A DNA stretch of 64,000 nucleotides from a virus (lineage: Duplodnaviria > Caudoviricetes): IMG/VR virus record IMGVR_UViG_3300037249_001405, positions 64,001 to 128,000 of that record. One strand, given 5' to 3'. Below, in pieces: positions 1 to 10,574 of the stretch. The first letter of the stretch is position 1; each line of letters begins with the position of its first letter. A model generated the notes under the pieces. That model was not told where the DNA came from. It made no database searches and saw nothing but the letters and a program-made list of their open reading frames with translations. A program made the translations under genes and the position numbers.

Positions 1-1265
1 GGATTTTTATCAAAATCAGGAATATCTCCGTAAACAGTTTTCTTTCCTATATGTGCGTGGGCTCTTGCTATCTCTATATCTTTTTCAGTTTTTTCAAGGT
101 TAATCACAACATTCTCAAGTGACTTCGGATCCGACATAACATATTTATTAAGTACATTCTCAGCAGCTGTATCATCGAGAACTTTCTTTAATTCTTGGAT
201 ATTTTTTGCTGTAAATCCCCAATCACTAGCAGCCTTTGGATCAGAAACAAGTTTAGCAATAGTATCTTTTATATTATCACATTTATAATAACCAGAACAT
301 TCCTGTAAGAATCTCGTAAATAATTCTTCTTTATTCTTTACGCCCAAGTTCTTTAGCGTTATATCTAATTTTTTCTTTGGATCTGTTATATTTTTAGTTT
401 CCTCTAGAATTTTAGATTTAATAGCATCTAACTTGTCAGGCGATCCTCCAGTTAATGGATAGATATGACCTAAGAATTTATCTAATCCATCCTTTTGAGA
501 TAATATATCATTTAAGAACCTTTCCTCAGCCACTTCCTGCAACTTCATATAGCGTCCCATTTCATCAAAGCTTAAAGATACTGTTTTACCTTTAAACTTA
601 AAGCTTTCTGGAACGTCTGTAGTAACAGGATCATTAGTTAAGATATCCTTTATTAAATTCTGATCTTTATATAATAAGTCTATTTTGGTATTTAAATTAG
701 AAATTTCTTCAGACAATTCATTCTCTGATACTTTTACTACTTTTTCTAGGGATTCCCTATAGTCACTGATTAATTTCATTAATTCTTTATCATTAGTCAA
801 TTTACTATTGTTATTACCTAAGAAATCTCTAGCTTTCTCTAGATTTTGCCTATAAGATTCACCCTCGTTGATTCTGTCTAGCAATTCTTTTTGCTGCTTC
901 TCGCTTAACATAGTTTCTATGTATTCCTCAAGAGCGGCTTTACTATTTTCGAAATTTTTCTTAATTCCTTTAGGGAATTCGGGTCCATCAATATATCGAT
1001 CAATAAGGTCATTCTCACTATTTCTGGCTAATTTAGTTAATCTATCCTTTTCTTCCCTACCGGTAGGAGAATGTTCAATTAACCAACCAGCGAATCTGTT
1101 ATTAGAAGGATTATCTTTATAACTACTTATATATTCATCACATTCTCTCTTTAAATCCTCCATCCATTTTGGATGATTTTTATGAGAATCGTAAGCCTTC
1201 TTAAATGATTCATACAAGCTTAATCCTTCATCTTCACTGTAATATTTAGTTCTATATAGAATCAT
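1..1265 (-). CDS. Large helical protein with N-terminal MILYRTKYYS leader (runs off window edge)
   Basis: Manually read ORF from ATG 1265, open to base 1 (MILYRTKYYSEDEGLSLYESF...); absent from ORF track because no stop in window. Confidence 0.85.
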   Translation of the reverse strand, partial: MILYRTKYYSEDEGLSLYESFKKAYDSHKNHPKWMEDLKRECDEYISSYKDNPSNNRFAGWLIEHSPTGREEKDRLTKLARNSENDLIDRYIDGPEFPKGIKKNFENSKAALEEYIETMLSEKQQKELLDRINEGESYRQNLEKARDFLGNNNSKLTNDKELMKLISDYRESLEKVVKVSENELSEEISNLNTKIDLLYKDQNLIKDILTNDPVTTDVPESFKFKGKTVSLSFDEMGRYMKLQEVAEERFLNDILSQKDGLDKFLGHIYPLTGGSPDKLDAIKSKILEETKNITDPKKKLDITLKNLGVKNKEELFTRFLQECSGYYKCDNIKDTIAKLVSDPKAASDWGFTAKNIQELKKVLDDTAAENVLNKYVMSDPKSLENVVINLEKTEKDIEIARAHAHIGKKTVYGDIPDFDKN

Positions 1266-1324
1266 TTTCTTTTAAAAAAATTAATTGTTATAACACAAAT
1301 AAGAATAATGTTATGATTATGAAG

Positions 1325-1378
1325 AAAAAAGAATAACATAAGGTTTTTTTTATTTTACCTTATGTTATTCTTTTTTTA
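1325..1378. terminator. Intrinsic terminator (bidirectional-type)
   Basis: aagaataacataagg / ccttatgttattctt inverted repeat flanked by A and T runs. Confidence 0.75.
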
Positions 1379-1939
1379 TTTATAATTGAGTAGGTTAATA
1401 TAATTAGCCTCTTCAATTGTAAAGGTCATTTCCCACTCGAAATAACCTCCTTGTATTAGAATACCATTTTCATAATATTCTACAATATACCGCTCTTTGT
1501 CGGTATTTTGAGGTACAGATAGAATAATTCCGTTAATGATATCCTTGCCTTTACCCCGAATGAGAAAAACTTTATCGCCAACATCAAATTTATTTGATAA
1601 TTCTAGTAAATAATCTTCCTCTCGCCTTATTCTTCCAGGAAATTGCTTCTTTTTACTTTTTCTTTTTTTCAGAAGGTATTTCATTTCCTGGAAAGTGTGA
1701 CTAATGTCACTAAGTTTTCTGTAACAATAAGAAAAGGAATCCCATGTTACTTCAAACCATACTGAGTCACCAAAGGTTGGATCCCCATCGGTTCTTTGAA
1801 ATATTTTCCCTTTGGGAATATATTTCGTGACGACCTCAATTGGATCGTAAAAAGATTTCATACGTCCTATCGTATAAATTTGATCACCTTCAGAGAAGGT
1901 TTTATAGGAACTGAATCTTTTTAATGTATTTTTATTCAT
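1376..1939 (-). CDS. Hypothetical protein
   Basis: 187-aa ORF in co-oriented gene run. Confidence 0.75.
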   Translation of the reverse strand: MNKNTLKRFSSYKTFSEGDQIYTIGRMKSFYDPIEVVTKYIPKGKIFQRTDGDPTFGDSVWFEVTWDSFSYCYRKLSDISHTFQEMKYLLKKRKSKKKQFPGRIRREEDYLLELSNKFDVGDKVFLIRGKGKDIINGIILSVPQNTDKERYIVEYYENGILIQGGYFEWEMTFTIEEANYINLLNYK

Positions 1940-1960
1940 TTCTTTGAATTATCTTTATAA

Positions 1961-3067
1961 TTAAAAAACCCCTTCATAAGAACTCCACGGAAGGTGGAGG
2001 GGATTAGTTATACATATGGAATTAAGAGCTTCCCTGAGTTCTTTCTTTTCCCAGATAGCTGCTTTAATTTCCGGAAGTGTTATTTCATAAGAGTCATCAA
2101 AGGATTTGTCCCCAAAATCCTTTATTAAACCGATTTTTTTATGAGACAATACACCACTGCAGAAGACAAAGCCAAGATTCTCCAACTGATGAAGAGTATC
2201 TCTACAATCATCTTCATCATCGTAAGACCAGCTTTCCTCTGGAACATCATTAAACCATGATATAATTTTATCATCATTTCTATCATTGTTTAATATTTTA
2301 GCTTCAAAAGAATCCAAATTTCTGTAAATCGGGCCTTCTTTTGTTACTATTTCTAACATAATCCAATGTGCAATCCAAGGTTGATTACAACAATTCTCAA
2401 TTATGTACTTAATCCTCTGGGCTTCTTCTTCCCACGTGGATGCCGTAGAAGGATATTCCCAATTCTTAGTACTCCATACACAATTATTCAGGTAATAAAT
2501 GTTTATTACCCACTTAGGTGAAGGCGAGTTTGCCTCGCCAGATAATGGTGGATGAAGTGAATTAGGTATATCCAAGAACATTAATGCTTCACTCATTTTA
2601 TTTTCCGGGTCGAACATAATGCTCTTTATATCAGGAAGAGTGGGCTTTTCTTCGTAAATAACCCACTCATTTTTATCATTGGAATATTCACTTGAGAGAA
2701 TGTAAAAACTATTTTTACCTTTTTCAAGTTTTATACCGAAAGGGGATAAGGTCCTAACCCAATCCTCTATAGTTAAACCAGATGGTTTATATTTCTTTAT
2801 CGCAGAAATATAACTATCATAGAACGAATCCTTTATATCATCTTCATCACTAAAGTCTGGTATTGTTTCGGAATCTGCTCTCATGTAAGTGATCCAACCG
2901 CCCTCATTTAAGATTTCAAAATAGCAATCATGTAGGTTATGCCCACATGCTTGTAGTGCCAATTGATGCTTGAATAAAGTTCTATCAGACCAGCCATGCC
3001 GAGGATGTTTTTCAGACCATACAAGGTCATTTCCAATATAAACATTTGGCTTTACATAATTACTCAT
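1961..3067 (-). CDS. Hypothetical protein
   Basis: 368-aa ORF, start overlaps upstream stop. Confidence 0.85.
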   Translation of the reverse strand: MSNYVKPNVYIGNDLVWSEKHPRHGWSDRTLFKHQLALQACGHNLHDCYFEILNEGGWITYMRADSETIPDFSDEDDIKDSFYDSYISAIKKYKPSGLTIEDWVRTLSPFGIKLEKGKNSFYILSSEYSNDKNEWVIYEEKPTLPDIKSIMFDPENKMSEALMFLDIPNSLHPPLSGEANSPSPKWVINIYYLNNCVWSTKNWEYPSTASTWEEEAQRIKYIIENCCNQPWIAHWIMLEIVTKEGPIYRNLDSFEAKILNNDRNDDKIISWFNDVPEESWSYDDEDDCRDTLHQLENLGFVFCSGVLSHKKIGLIKDFGDKSFDDSYEITLPEIKAAIWEKKELREALNSICITNPLHLPWSSYEGVF

Positions 3068-4482
3068 TAATCAATAAATTCTTTATGAGTTAATAAGTAA
3101 TTATCCATTTCTGGCGTATTATTCCATTTATAAATTTCATATTTCATAAATGAGTATTTGTTGTGTCCGATTTCAGCCGAGAATTTACACAATAGCAAAT
3201 TACGAACGAAAAAGTGAACACCAAGTCTTAGTCCACCCCTTTTGAAATCATAAGTAGGTGAATAAGCTATCGGTTTATAACGGTAAACATGAGGTCCAAA
3301 AACAGACACCGGTTTACCATCCCTAAATGCTTTTACGTAATCACCGATGGGCGGATATTTCCATACTTTGCCCTTTGTATCAACAATTACTGTAAACTGC
3401 CAATCCTTATTTGGCCTAGTGGTTCTACAACCTTTCAGCTCTATTGGTTTAGCATTTAAATCCTCTCGATTCCAATAATTACCCTCCTGATTGGCACCTG
3501 GATTTACAACAATTGCGTTGAAATCTGAGTAATCCCAGATAGGTAACTGTACTGGATCAAGATCGGGGGTTAATATATTATTAATACTCAAGTATTCTTT
3601 TTGAGTTAATAATGGAACTGAATATTTTGAAGCTTTTTCATAATATTCAAGAACAAGAGCATTCTGCTCCTCCTCGCATTTTTTCGCTTCACTCTTAATT
3701 GACTCAAGAATGAAGTTAATACCCTCAATACCTCCATTTATTTCGATAAGGTATTTTGAGAATTTCGGATCTAGTATAACAGTTCCGCTGTTAATACCTG
3801 GACCTGGTATTCCGTGTAAACTAAATTCCTTCTCTGAGGAGTTATAATAGTCTACCTTGGAAAATCTCTCTTTCCACCACCAGGAATCATTTCCGAATAG
3901 AAGAGGACGGGTTTCAGTCTCAGTACATTTGAGATCATCCCAGAGACAATTTTTTATCCAGAGATAACTCCTTTTATTGCTGAGTTCCATCCATTTTTCA
4001 ACTAAGCTAACTAATTCAATATCATTAGTTGCATCCTTGAATAATTCTCTCGATCTTCGATTGCCGTCAGGCAATGGTCTCATATCAAAGAGAATTGGAG
4101 AGTAATAAACTCTATAATCTGATTCAGGAAGATTACTAAATCTGGTCATAGAACTGATACAGTGATCAGCATGGGGATCACCATTTCTCCTCTCTATCTC
4201 AGAAGCTGGATAAACAGAATCGGAGTATTTACTACTCTTAACGAATCTATTTATCTTTGTGACATTCTTGAGTCCACAAAACTCAAGGTTATCCGCATGC
4301 CATTCCTCACCGTTCCAGGTAAGAACCATATTGCCTAACTTAACTGATACAGGCTTTCTCGAAGAGTAAATCACTGTATCGTCAAAATAGGTTACATAAA
4401 CCTGAAGGTCGAATTCCCAGCCCTTTGGCTTAGAGAGCCTAACCTTCATATCAGTTGGCTTAAAATCATCATTGTTTGCCAT
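3067..4482 (-). CDS. Hypothetical protein
   Basis: Long ORF; start moved to MANNDD (4482) because upstream codons lie in the conserved leader element. Confidence 0.85.
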   Translation of the reverse strand: MANNDDFKPTDMKVRLSKPKGWEFDLQVYVTYFDDTVIYSSRKPVSVKLGNMVLTWNGEEWHADNLEFCGLKNVTKINRFVKSSKYSDSVYPASEIERRNGDPHADHCISSMTRFSNLPESDYRVYYSPILFDMRPLPDGNRRSRELFKDATNDIELVSLVEKWMELSNKRSYLWIKNCLWDDLKCTETETRPLLFGNDSWWWKERFSKVDYYNSSEKEFSLHGIPGPGINSGTVILDPKFSKYLIEINGGIEGINFILESIKSEAKKCEEEQNALVLEYYEKASKYSVPLLTQKEYLSINNILTPDLDPVQLPIWDYSDFNAIVVNPGANQEGNYWNREDLNAKPIELKGCRTTRPNKDWQFTVIVDTKGKVWKYPPIGDYVKAFRDGKPVSVFGPHVYRYKPIAYSPTYDFKRGGLRLGVHFFVRNLLLCKFSAEIGHNKYSFMKYEIYKWNNTPEMDNYLLTHKEFID

Positions 4483-4504
4483 AATAATATTTATATTTAA
4501 TGTT

Positions 4505-4578
4505 ATTAATATCATGAAAAATAAAAAGAAGAGAATATAAACTTTAATCGTTTATATTCTCCTCAATTATAAGAGTTA
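4505..4578 (-). promoter_or_regulatory. Promoter-hairpin-U-tract leader, copy 1
   Basis: TAACTCTTATAATTG-AGGAGAATATAAAC/GTTTATATTCTCTTC-TTTTTATTTTTCATGATATTAATAAC. Confidence 0.8.
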
Positions 4579-4585
4579 CAAGGAA

Positions 4586-5407
4586 TCACACCTCTATGGG
4601 ATCCCCTAACCACACTTCGTAATTTTTAGGGTTACGAGATCTAGTGAATACCACTTTACCTATAGAATTCTCACCAATGCCATCAGAAATCATTCCAAAG
4701 AATTTCCTTTCAATGGCTGTTTTCAGTGTTTCTTTCTTAGGGTAACTATGCATATCCACTATTTCAGTGTTAATAGGAATAATCGAAGTAAAACATACGG
4801 AATACCATCCGTCATCAAATATTACCGACATTTTTACTTCTTTTTCATTAAAACCCTCTTGGATTTTAGTATAATTTAAATCAAATTCATTTTCTACTTG
4901 ATCTGATTGTGGTTCTCTTTTTAGCCAATCCCACTGACCAAGTAAATTCTCAATTCCTTTAAAATCTTTCGGGTTGAAATTATGCATCCAAACAGAACAA
5001 CCCTTCTCATCTATAAGTTTCAAAGGAATCTTATATTTTAGTGTATAATCACTTGATCGTAGATCTTTTAGTAGTGATATAAATTTATTTTCATTAAATG
5101 GTTCTACCCTAACTAATGAAAATTTGAATCTATCTGGTGTATAAGTCATTCTATCACCATCAATAGATAATACTACTTTTTCATCCCTATCCCATATAGA
5201 GACCTTACCATTGCCGGAAGCAATAATCTTAAAATCTTTTAGATCATCCTCCGTAGCCTTTTCAAGAACCAGTTTAAAGTTCTCTACAGAGATAGGTGAA
5301 ATAGGAAGAGTATAATCAACCAAATCAGGCATGTGATTATAACCCATTTCATCGACTACATAATATAAGTAATCGATCATTGCTTGTTTACCGTATTGTT
5401 CTGCCAT
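4586..5407 (-). CDS. Hypothetical protein
   Basis: 273-aa ORF in operon. Confidence 0.8.
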   Translation of the reverse strand: MAEQYGKQAMIDYLYYVVDEMGYNHMPDLVDYTLPISPISVENFKLVLEKATEDDLKDFKIIASGNGKVSIWDRDEKVVLSIDGDRMTYTPDRFKFSLVRVEPFNENKFISLLKDLRSSDYTLKYKIPLKLIDEKGCSVWMHNFNPKDFKGIENLLGQWDWLKREPQSDQVENEFDLNYTKIQEGFNEKEVKMSVIFDDGWYSVCFTSIIPINTEIVDMHSYPKKETLKTAIERKFFGMISDGIGENSIGKVVFTRSRNPKNYEVWLGDPIEV

Positions 5408-5409
5408 TT

Positions 5410-6129
5410 CTATAATATTATTTCGTTATTTCCAATACTTCCTACTATTTTGTTGTTAACAAACATAGTTGAACCGGAAAATCTAGGAACATCATCTAAT
5501 CCTAAGTGTTTCATAAAAATATATTTTGCTGGTACGAATTTAGTCATCCAAGTAAATTTATTTTTACACAAATAGAATGTATAACCATCCTTATACATTT
5601 CATCAGAATTTATATAGACTATTAATAAATCCTTTTTTGCAAGTCTAGATGATCCACATAGTGTTGTACCTTTGTCTATTGCCGTTGAAATATCATCAGT
5701 TAAATAAACAAATGGTTCATTCTTTTTAGGAATAATATTAAACTCCTTCGGTGTTTCTGAATTTTTTACATAGGAATAGAGAACCTGAGGTGGTTTGAAT
5801 TGAGTAGAATTAAGAAGTATCGGAAGAGTGTGTCCCGAATTTGCTCGAATTTTTGTACCATATCTATCAAATGAAATAAATTTTTTATCATCAACATCAT
5901 TCTCTGATATAATACGAACTATGTCCTTCCCTGAAATTGAGGATTCCTCACCACCGTTTTGTATACCTAAGACTTTAACAAAATCTTCATTTTCATTTAA
6001 AGATTTCGCTAGTTGGTTGATATCTACCCAACCATTCTCGTCTATAGGAACATCGAAACGACTATAAATATCATGTCGCAGGATGCCTACTATACACCTA
6101 AAAAGATCATGTTCAGATATTTGCAGCAT
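5410..6129 (-). CDS. Degenerate Tpt1/KptA RNA 2'-phosphotransferase paralog
   Basis: LRH, GWV, IRANSGH retained; HGT and R..VHLS motifs of the NAD lobe replaced (LYSYV, PFVYLT). Confidence 0.8.
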   Translation of the reverse strand: MLQISEHDLFRCIVGILRHDIYSRFDVPIDENGWVDINQLAKSLNENEDFVKVLGIQNGGEESSISGKDIVRIISENDVDDKKFISFDRYGTKIRANSGHTLPILLNSTQFKPPQVLYSYVKNSETPKEFNIIPKKNEPFVYLTDDISTAIDKGTTLCGSSRLAKKDLLIVYINSDEMYKDGYTFYLCKNKFTWMTKFVPAKYIFMKHLGLDDVPRFSGSTMFVNNKIVGSIGNNEIIL

Positions 6130-6664
6130 TTTCTACTAACCAATTAATAGTCATTCGAAGATCATGGTAAGTGAAGGTATCAGTGTCATCTTCCCTTACG
6201 CTATTGATATCATTAAGTATCAATTCAAATGGGATAGAGTCATCAATATCTTCAGTTCTGAAACAAACACTTGGGGTATCGAAATACTCGGTTTCAAGTG
6301 GTGTTTCATAAGTTCTAGGATTGGCACACTCTAGTTCTCTCTTACACTCAAAATCCACTAGTGGAGAATGAACTTCAGAACATATAATTCCAAAAAGAGG
6401 AATCCTAGGTCCAGACTCAAACTCAAACCTGACAAATTCAGATTTATCCGTGTAGAAATTTTGTGGCGGTTCTGCGTCAAATGTTTCATCTATTGTGAAA
6501 CACTCCCAAGATTTTAGTTTTCCAAGTACAAATCTTCTTTCCCCATTATCTGGTTCTAATCCATCCCAGCCATTAATAGCATAATCGAAGTCTTGTACTA
6601 CAACCAGTTTACCTACTGGATCTATTTTTTCGAGATACTCTCGAATTTTTTTATTTTTAATCAT
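6113..6664 (-). CDS. Hypothetical protein
   Basis: ORF between the two Tpt1 genes; start adjusted to MIKNKK. Confidence 0.75.
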   Translation of the reverse strand: MIKNKKIREYLEKIDPVGKLVVVQDFDYAINGWDGLEPDNGERRFVLGKLKSWECFTIDETFDAEPPQNFYTDKSEFVRFEFESGPRIPLFGIICSEVHSPLVDFECKRELECANPRTYETPLETEYFDTPSVCFRTEDIDDSIPFELILNDINSVREDDTDTFTYHDLRMTINWLVENAANI

Positions 6665-6669
6665 TTTTA

Positions 6670-7224
6670 TTACTTTACTGACAAGAAGTATTTTGTAGGT
6701 ACCTCTTCTGTAAGCCAAACATTATTTGCTGATAAGTAAAATTTAAAGCCATCTTTATACATTCGTTCTGCAGAGATATAGATGACTTTTGGATCTCCAT
6801 GTCTTTTACCAACTTTAATAGCTGTTTCTTCATCACTAGATAAATGAACATAGAGTCTGGACTTTGGTTTTATACCCTGTTTCATTATGGATTCGAGATA
6901 TTTTACTCCCGTTCCATGAAACAGTATAGTTGGTGGTGGACATTCTATCATAAAAACTTTAATTCCCGGTATAGAATGTCCTTGATTAGCTCGGATTCTT
7001 GTTCCGTCTGGACTATAAGAATATCTTTTCTTATCATCCGTTTCAACTATTCTATCTAAAGTCTCCTTATCAATAAAATAGACAGATTCTGAGTTAATCT
7101 TGTTTATTAAATCATCAACTAGAGCCCAACCACCATCCATTTCAAGAGTAAGTCCAATCTCTTCCGGATGATGTCTGAGAATAAATGCTATATACTTAGA
7201 TAGCTCTGTAATATCGCTGGACAT
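6670..7224 (-). CDS. kptA: RNA 2'-phosphotransferase Tpt1/KptA
   Basis: Canonical motifs ILRHHP, GW, DDKKRY, IRANQGHS, LFHGT, SRLYVHLS, GKRHG. Confidence 0.95.
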   Translation of the reverse strand: MSSDITELSKYIAFILRHHPEEIGLTLEMDGGWALVDDLINKINSESVYFIDKETLDRIVETDDKKRYSYSPDGTRIRANQGHSIPGIKVFMIECPPPTILFHGTGVKYLESIMKQGIKPKSRLYVHLSSDEETAIKVGKRHGDPKVIYISAERMYKDGFKFYLSANNVWLTEEVPTKYFLSVK

Positions 7225-7311
7225 AAATAAATATGTTTAAATTAAAAAAGAGGTATATGGATTATTTTTCCAGATACCTCTCTCATCTTCCTACTTACTG
7301 GTTCTCAGATT

Positions 7312-7485
7312 TTAACCGAAAAACCAGACAAAGAATGGAATATCGCAAACCAGTGACCATATAATGCACTTGATCATATACTTAGTATCAACTTTTTTGC
7401 CATTGAATCCCCTAGCCCAAAAAAACAGGGCAAGCAATATGATCGGAAATGCGATCAACCAAACAATTTTTAAGAATGTCATCAT
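7312..7485 (-). CDS. Small two-TM membrane protein (57 aa)
   Basis: Manually read MMTFLKIVWLIAFPIILLALFFW...; preceded by promoter motif AAAATCTTATGATTGA. Confidence 0.65.
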   Translation of the reverse strand: MMTFLKIVWLIAFPIILLALFFWARGFNGKKVDTKYMIKCIIWSLVCDIPFFVWFFG

Positions 7486-7559
7486 TTTTTAAATTATTAA
7501 TTAAGTTAGATAAAAATTATTTTTCATCAATCATAAGATTTTCAAGATTTTAAAAAATT

Positions 7560-9608
7560 CTACTTTAAGCCTTTAATAAAATATCCTAATTCTCTTTTCT
7601 TTGTTACGGGATTGGTTAATCGTTGATTATCTACAGCAAAATAATTCTGTATATCAGCAGCTTTTGGTGCTGAGTTATAACCAACCCTCTGATAAATGTT
7701 TCTTAACTTTTCCTTTATTGAGGATAGTGTATAGAAAGTGTTTAATTGGAATTCTTTTTGAATCTCTGTTTTAACATCACCCGATTCAATCATTCTTATT
7801 TTATTAAGTTCATCCATTAATAAACCTTTCTGATAACCGAGGGATTTTATTTTATCGATTCCCAATCTATTCAAACAATTTCTATACTCAACAGGAACAA
7901 AACTTATAAAGTAACTATTGTACTTCTGATAAATTGATGGCTCTCTCGTGATAAACTCATAGAATAATTTCATTCTTCTGACAAAATTACCATCCTGTTC
8001 AAATTCCTCTTTGAATCTGGAAATTGCTTCTACATCTGAAGTTACTTCTATGGGAATGTTTAATGGATCTGGTCCAATTTTTCTTATAAAAACATTCTCC
8101 TGATAATCAGGTCTTGTTATCTCCCAAGCTCGTAACTCAGATAATCTCACTAAAACATTTTCCACAACAGAATTAGATTTTTTAGAGAATGAAGCATAAT
8201 CGTTTTTATACCTCTTGCTTTTAGTCCATGTTAGCATAAATTCCGAAGCTAATGTTGGATCTATCTTATTAAAATTTTCTATAATCTTTTGAGTCTGTGC
8301 CCGCATTGATTTTACATGTTCATCAAAACTTGCTTGATCCATATAAAATCCATCAGATCTTTTATGATAGAAAAACATTATCTCGTTTCTAAAAACATTT
8401 TCTGGTGATCTTTGCCTACCAATAATTTGTGGAAGATCTAATGAAATATCTACAGTTAATGATTGTTTATTTAAATCAGAAAATATAAAAGTCATAGCAT
8501 TATCAGAATAAAAGTCTGCACCTATATAAGAAGTTCTTGTACAGAATGTAAACATTTTATTTTGTGACTTATCAATAGGAACAGTACCTATTGAATAACC
8601 AATCTTCTTTAATCTTTTCTTATTAAATTCACTATTAGCACAGAGAATATTAACTTTATCTGGACTTAGTTTAGTTTTCTTTAATACATCACATATTACA
8701 TTTACTGAATTAACAAAGAAAACCGCTTCTTTGGACACATGTTCTACTCCATCTAAAGTTACTTTTGTTGGGAAAATATTATTTATATAGTTATTTATTA
8801 TATTAATAATATCTCCTCTTATAGATTCCGTTAGTCTTCTCGTTAAATTAACAGGTTCTATTAAGGATTTATCCCAGATTAGTTTATATATAGTCATATC
8901 TTTAAAAAAATCCAATTTATCCAAATATCTCTCCATCATAGGAGTAGCTGATATGAACAAGAATTTATTTAAAGGTAGACTACTCATTACTTCCAATACA
9001 CTTAGTTCTACTTCCGGTTTGAATGTACTATCAGTAAAAATAGACTGAAATTCATCCACAACTATAGTAAATCTTGATATATCAACTCCTAAAGCATCTA
9101 CAACATGCTTAAAAGAATCATAAGTTACTATAATTTTAGGTACAAAATTGGGATCATTGGAATTAATTGATAACCATTGTCTTAAATCAGATTTTAATTG
9201 GAAGAGATAAATAGGTAATGATGACTTTTTATCCTTTATAACTAACTGTTTATTAGATACTAACTCTTTTTCTAATTCAATAAAACTTAAATTAGTTTCT
9301 TCTTCCTGAGTTATTTTAAGAGTAGTATCAGGTTCTTCATCATAACCTAAACATACTTCCTTTTCATTCTTAAAATAAAATAATGGTCTACCTCTCTGCG
9401 AGAGGTTGTGTTGATCTGCTTTATTATCCAATAATACTCTTCTTGGACTTAATAGTATTATTGGTTCATTATTGTTTAAACAGAATTCTGTCAAACCACA
9501 ACCACATACTGTTTTATCAATAATACAACTTATGGTTGGTAAGTTAAATCCTACCCAATCACTAATGAATTTTGTTCCTTGCGGAACGTTTACTTCTATT
9601 ACTTTCAT
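7560..9608 (-). CDS. SF2 (DExD/H-like) helicase / origin-binding-like protein
   Basis: Walker A variant KTVCGCGLT, TYDS, VVDEFQ (motif II), ISATP (motif III), QIIGRQR (motif VI). Confidence 0.8.
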   Translation of the reverse strand: MKVIEVNVPQGTKFISDWVGFNLPTISCIIDKTVCGCGLTEFCLNNNEPIILLSPRRVLLDNKADQHNLSQRGRPLFYFKNEKEVCLGYDEEPDTTLKITQEEETNLSFIELEKELVSNKQLVIKDKKSSLPIYLFQLKSDLRQWLSINSNDPNFVPKIIVTYDSFKHVVDALGVDISRFTIVVDEFQSIFTDSTFKPEVELSVLEVMSSLPLNKFLFISATPMMERYLDKLDFFKDMTIYKLIWDKSLIEPVNLTRRLTESIRGDIINIINNYINNIFPTKVTLDGVEHVSKEAVFFVNSVNVICDVLKKTKLSPDKVNILCANSEFNKKRLKKIGYSIGTVPIDKSQNKMFTFCTRTSYIGADFYSDNAMTFIFSDLNKQSLTVDISLDLPQIIGRQRSPENVFRNEIMFFYHKRSDGFYMDQASFDEHVKSMRAQTQKIIENFNKIDPTLASEFMLTWTKSKRYKNDYASFSKKSNSVVENVLVRLSELRAWEITRPDYQENVFIRKIGPDPLNIPIEVTSDVEAISRFKEEFEQDGNFVRRMKLFYEFITREPSIYQKYNSYFISFVPVEYRNCLNRLGIDKIKSLGYQKGLLMDELNKIRMIESGDVKTEIQKEFQLNTFYTLSSIKEKLRNIYQRVGYNSAPKAADIQNYFAVDNQRLTNPVTKKRELGYFIKGLK

Positions 9609-10057
9609 ATTATATGGTGTTTTTTATTTGTCATAAAAAATTAAGTGGTCTTACCTAAGGATCAGAGAATCTATACTACCTGTCACTTTTTTTTAAAAGT
9701 TGCCTCTTATAGTATAAAACGGAAAAATAGGTAAAAAATATGACATCTATAAGGTTATTGATATATTAAAACAGAGAACCGTTAGGTTCGTTAATATAAA
9801 AATTTCAAAATTCAAAGCATACAATTACAATAATTGAAAGAAACGAATTTGGGTTAAATCCTCAGATTCCTTGGTAGGACTCGGGGCATAAAAATCGATA
9901 TAATAAGATATAGGTATATTTCAAGTTAAAGATATTTTTAGAGGGACATATAGTTCCGCTTTTTGCCGTTTTCTGCCATTTTGTCACTTTTTTCAATTCC
10001 GTAAAATCCTAATGTCTGAAAAGAAAGTAAAAAAAAAAACACATTAATATAGATATT

Positions 10058-10573
10058 ATGGAAAATATATTGAAAATTACTGCAATAAAATCTAATGGTA
10101 ATCTCTACAAATCCCGATATGGGAAAGACGATAAAGATCTTGAACGAAGAGTTCCTAAAGAGGATTTAGAGTATGGAAATAACTGGTATCTACACGGTGA
10201 ACTTGAGAAAAAGATAGGGTTCGATAGAGGTTTTATTACGAATCTTACATCTTTTGGACATTGTGAAAGATACCTTAATAAGTGTTATTTGGTTGATAGT
10301 ATAGGTATAGGTCATAAAGCGACTCTCGATAAGAATAAAGTCTGTTTTAATAGACTGAAACTAAATGGGATAGTACCTGTAGACGTAGAAGGTATTAGAG
10401 AACGCTGTTTGGGGTTTTTCTGGACAGTTGACGAAGAACATTTCGATTTTTTCTATGATGGTAGACGAAATTGGACTAAATGGGATCAGAAAGGTTTAAT
10501 AATACTCGAAAGTGATAAAGAAGCTTTTGATCCTTGTTATGAGCTCTATTTTTCTAAATCTTATTTTATTTAA
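10058..10573 (+). CDS. Hypothetical protein
   Basis: 171-aa ORF after promoter motif at ~10003. Confidence 0.8.
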   Translation: MENILKITAIKSNGNLYKSRYGKDDKDLERRVPKEDLEYGNNWYLHGELEKKIGFDRGFITNLTSFGHCERYLNKCYLVDSIGIGHKATLDKNKVCFNRLKLNGIVPVDVEGIRERCLGFFWTVDEEHFDFFYDGRRNWTKWDQKGLIILESDKEAFDPCYELYFSKSYFI

Positions 10574-10574
10574 A

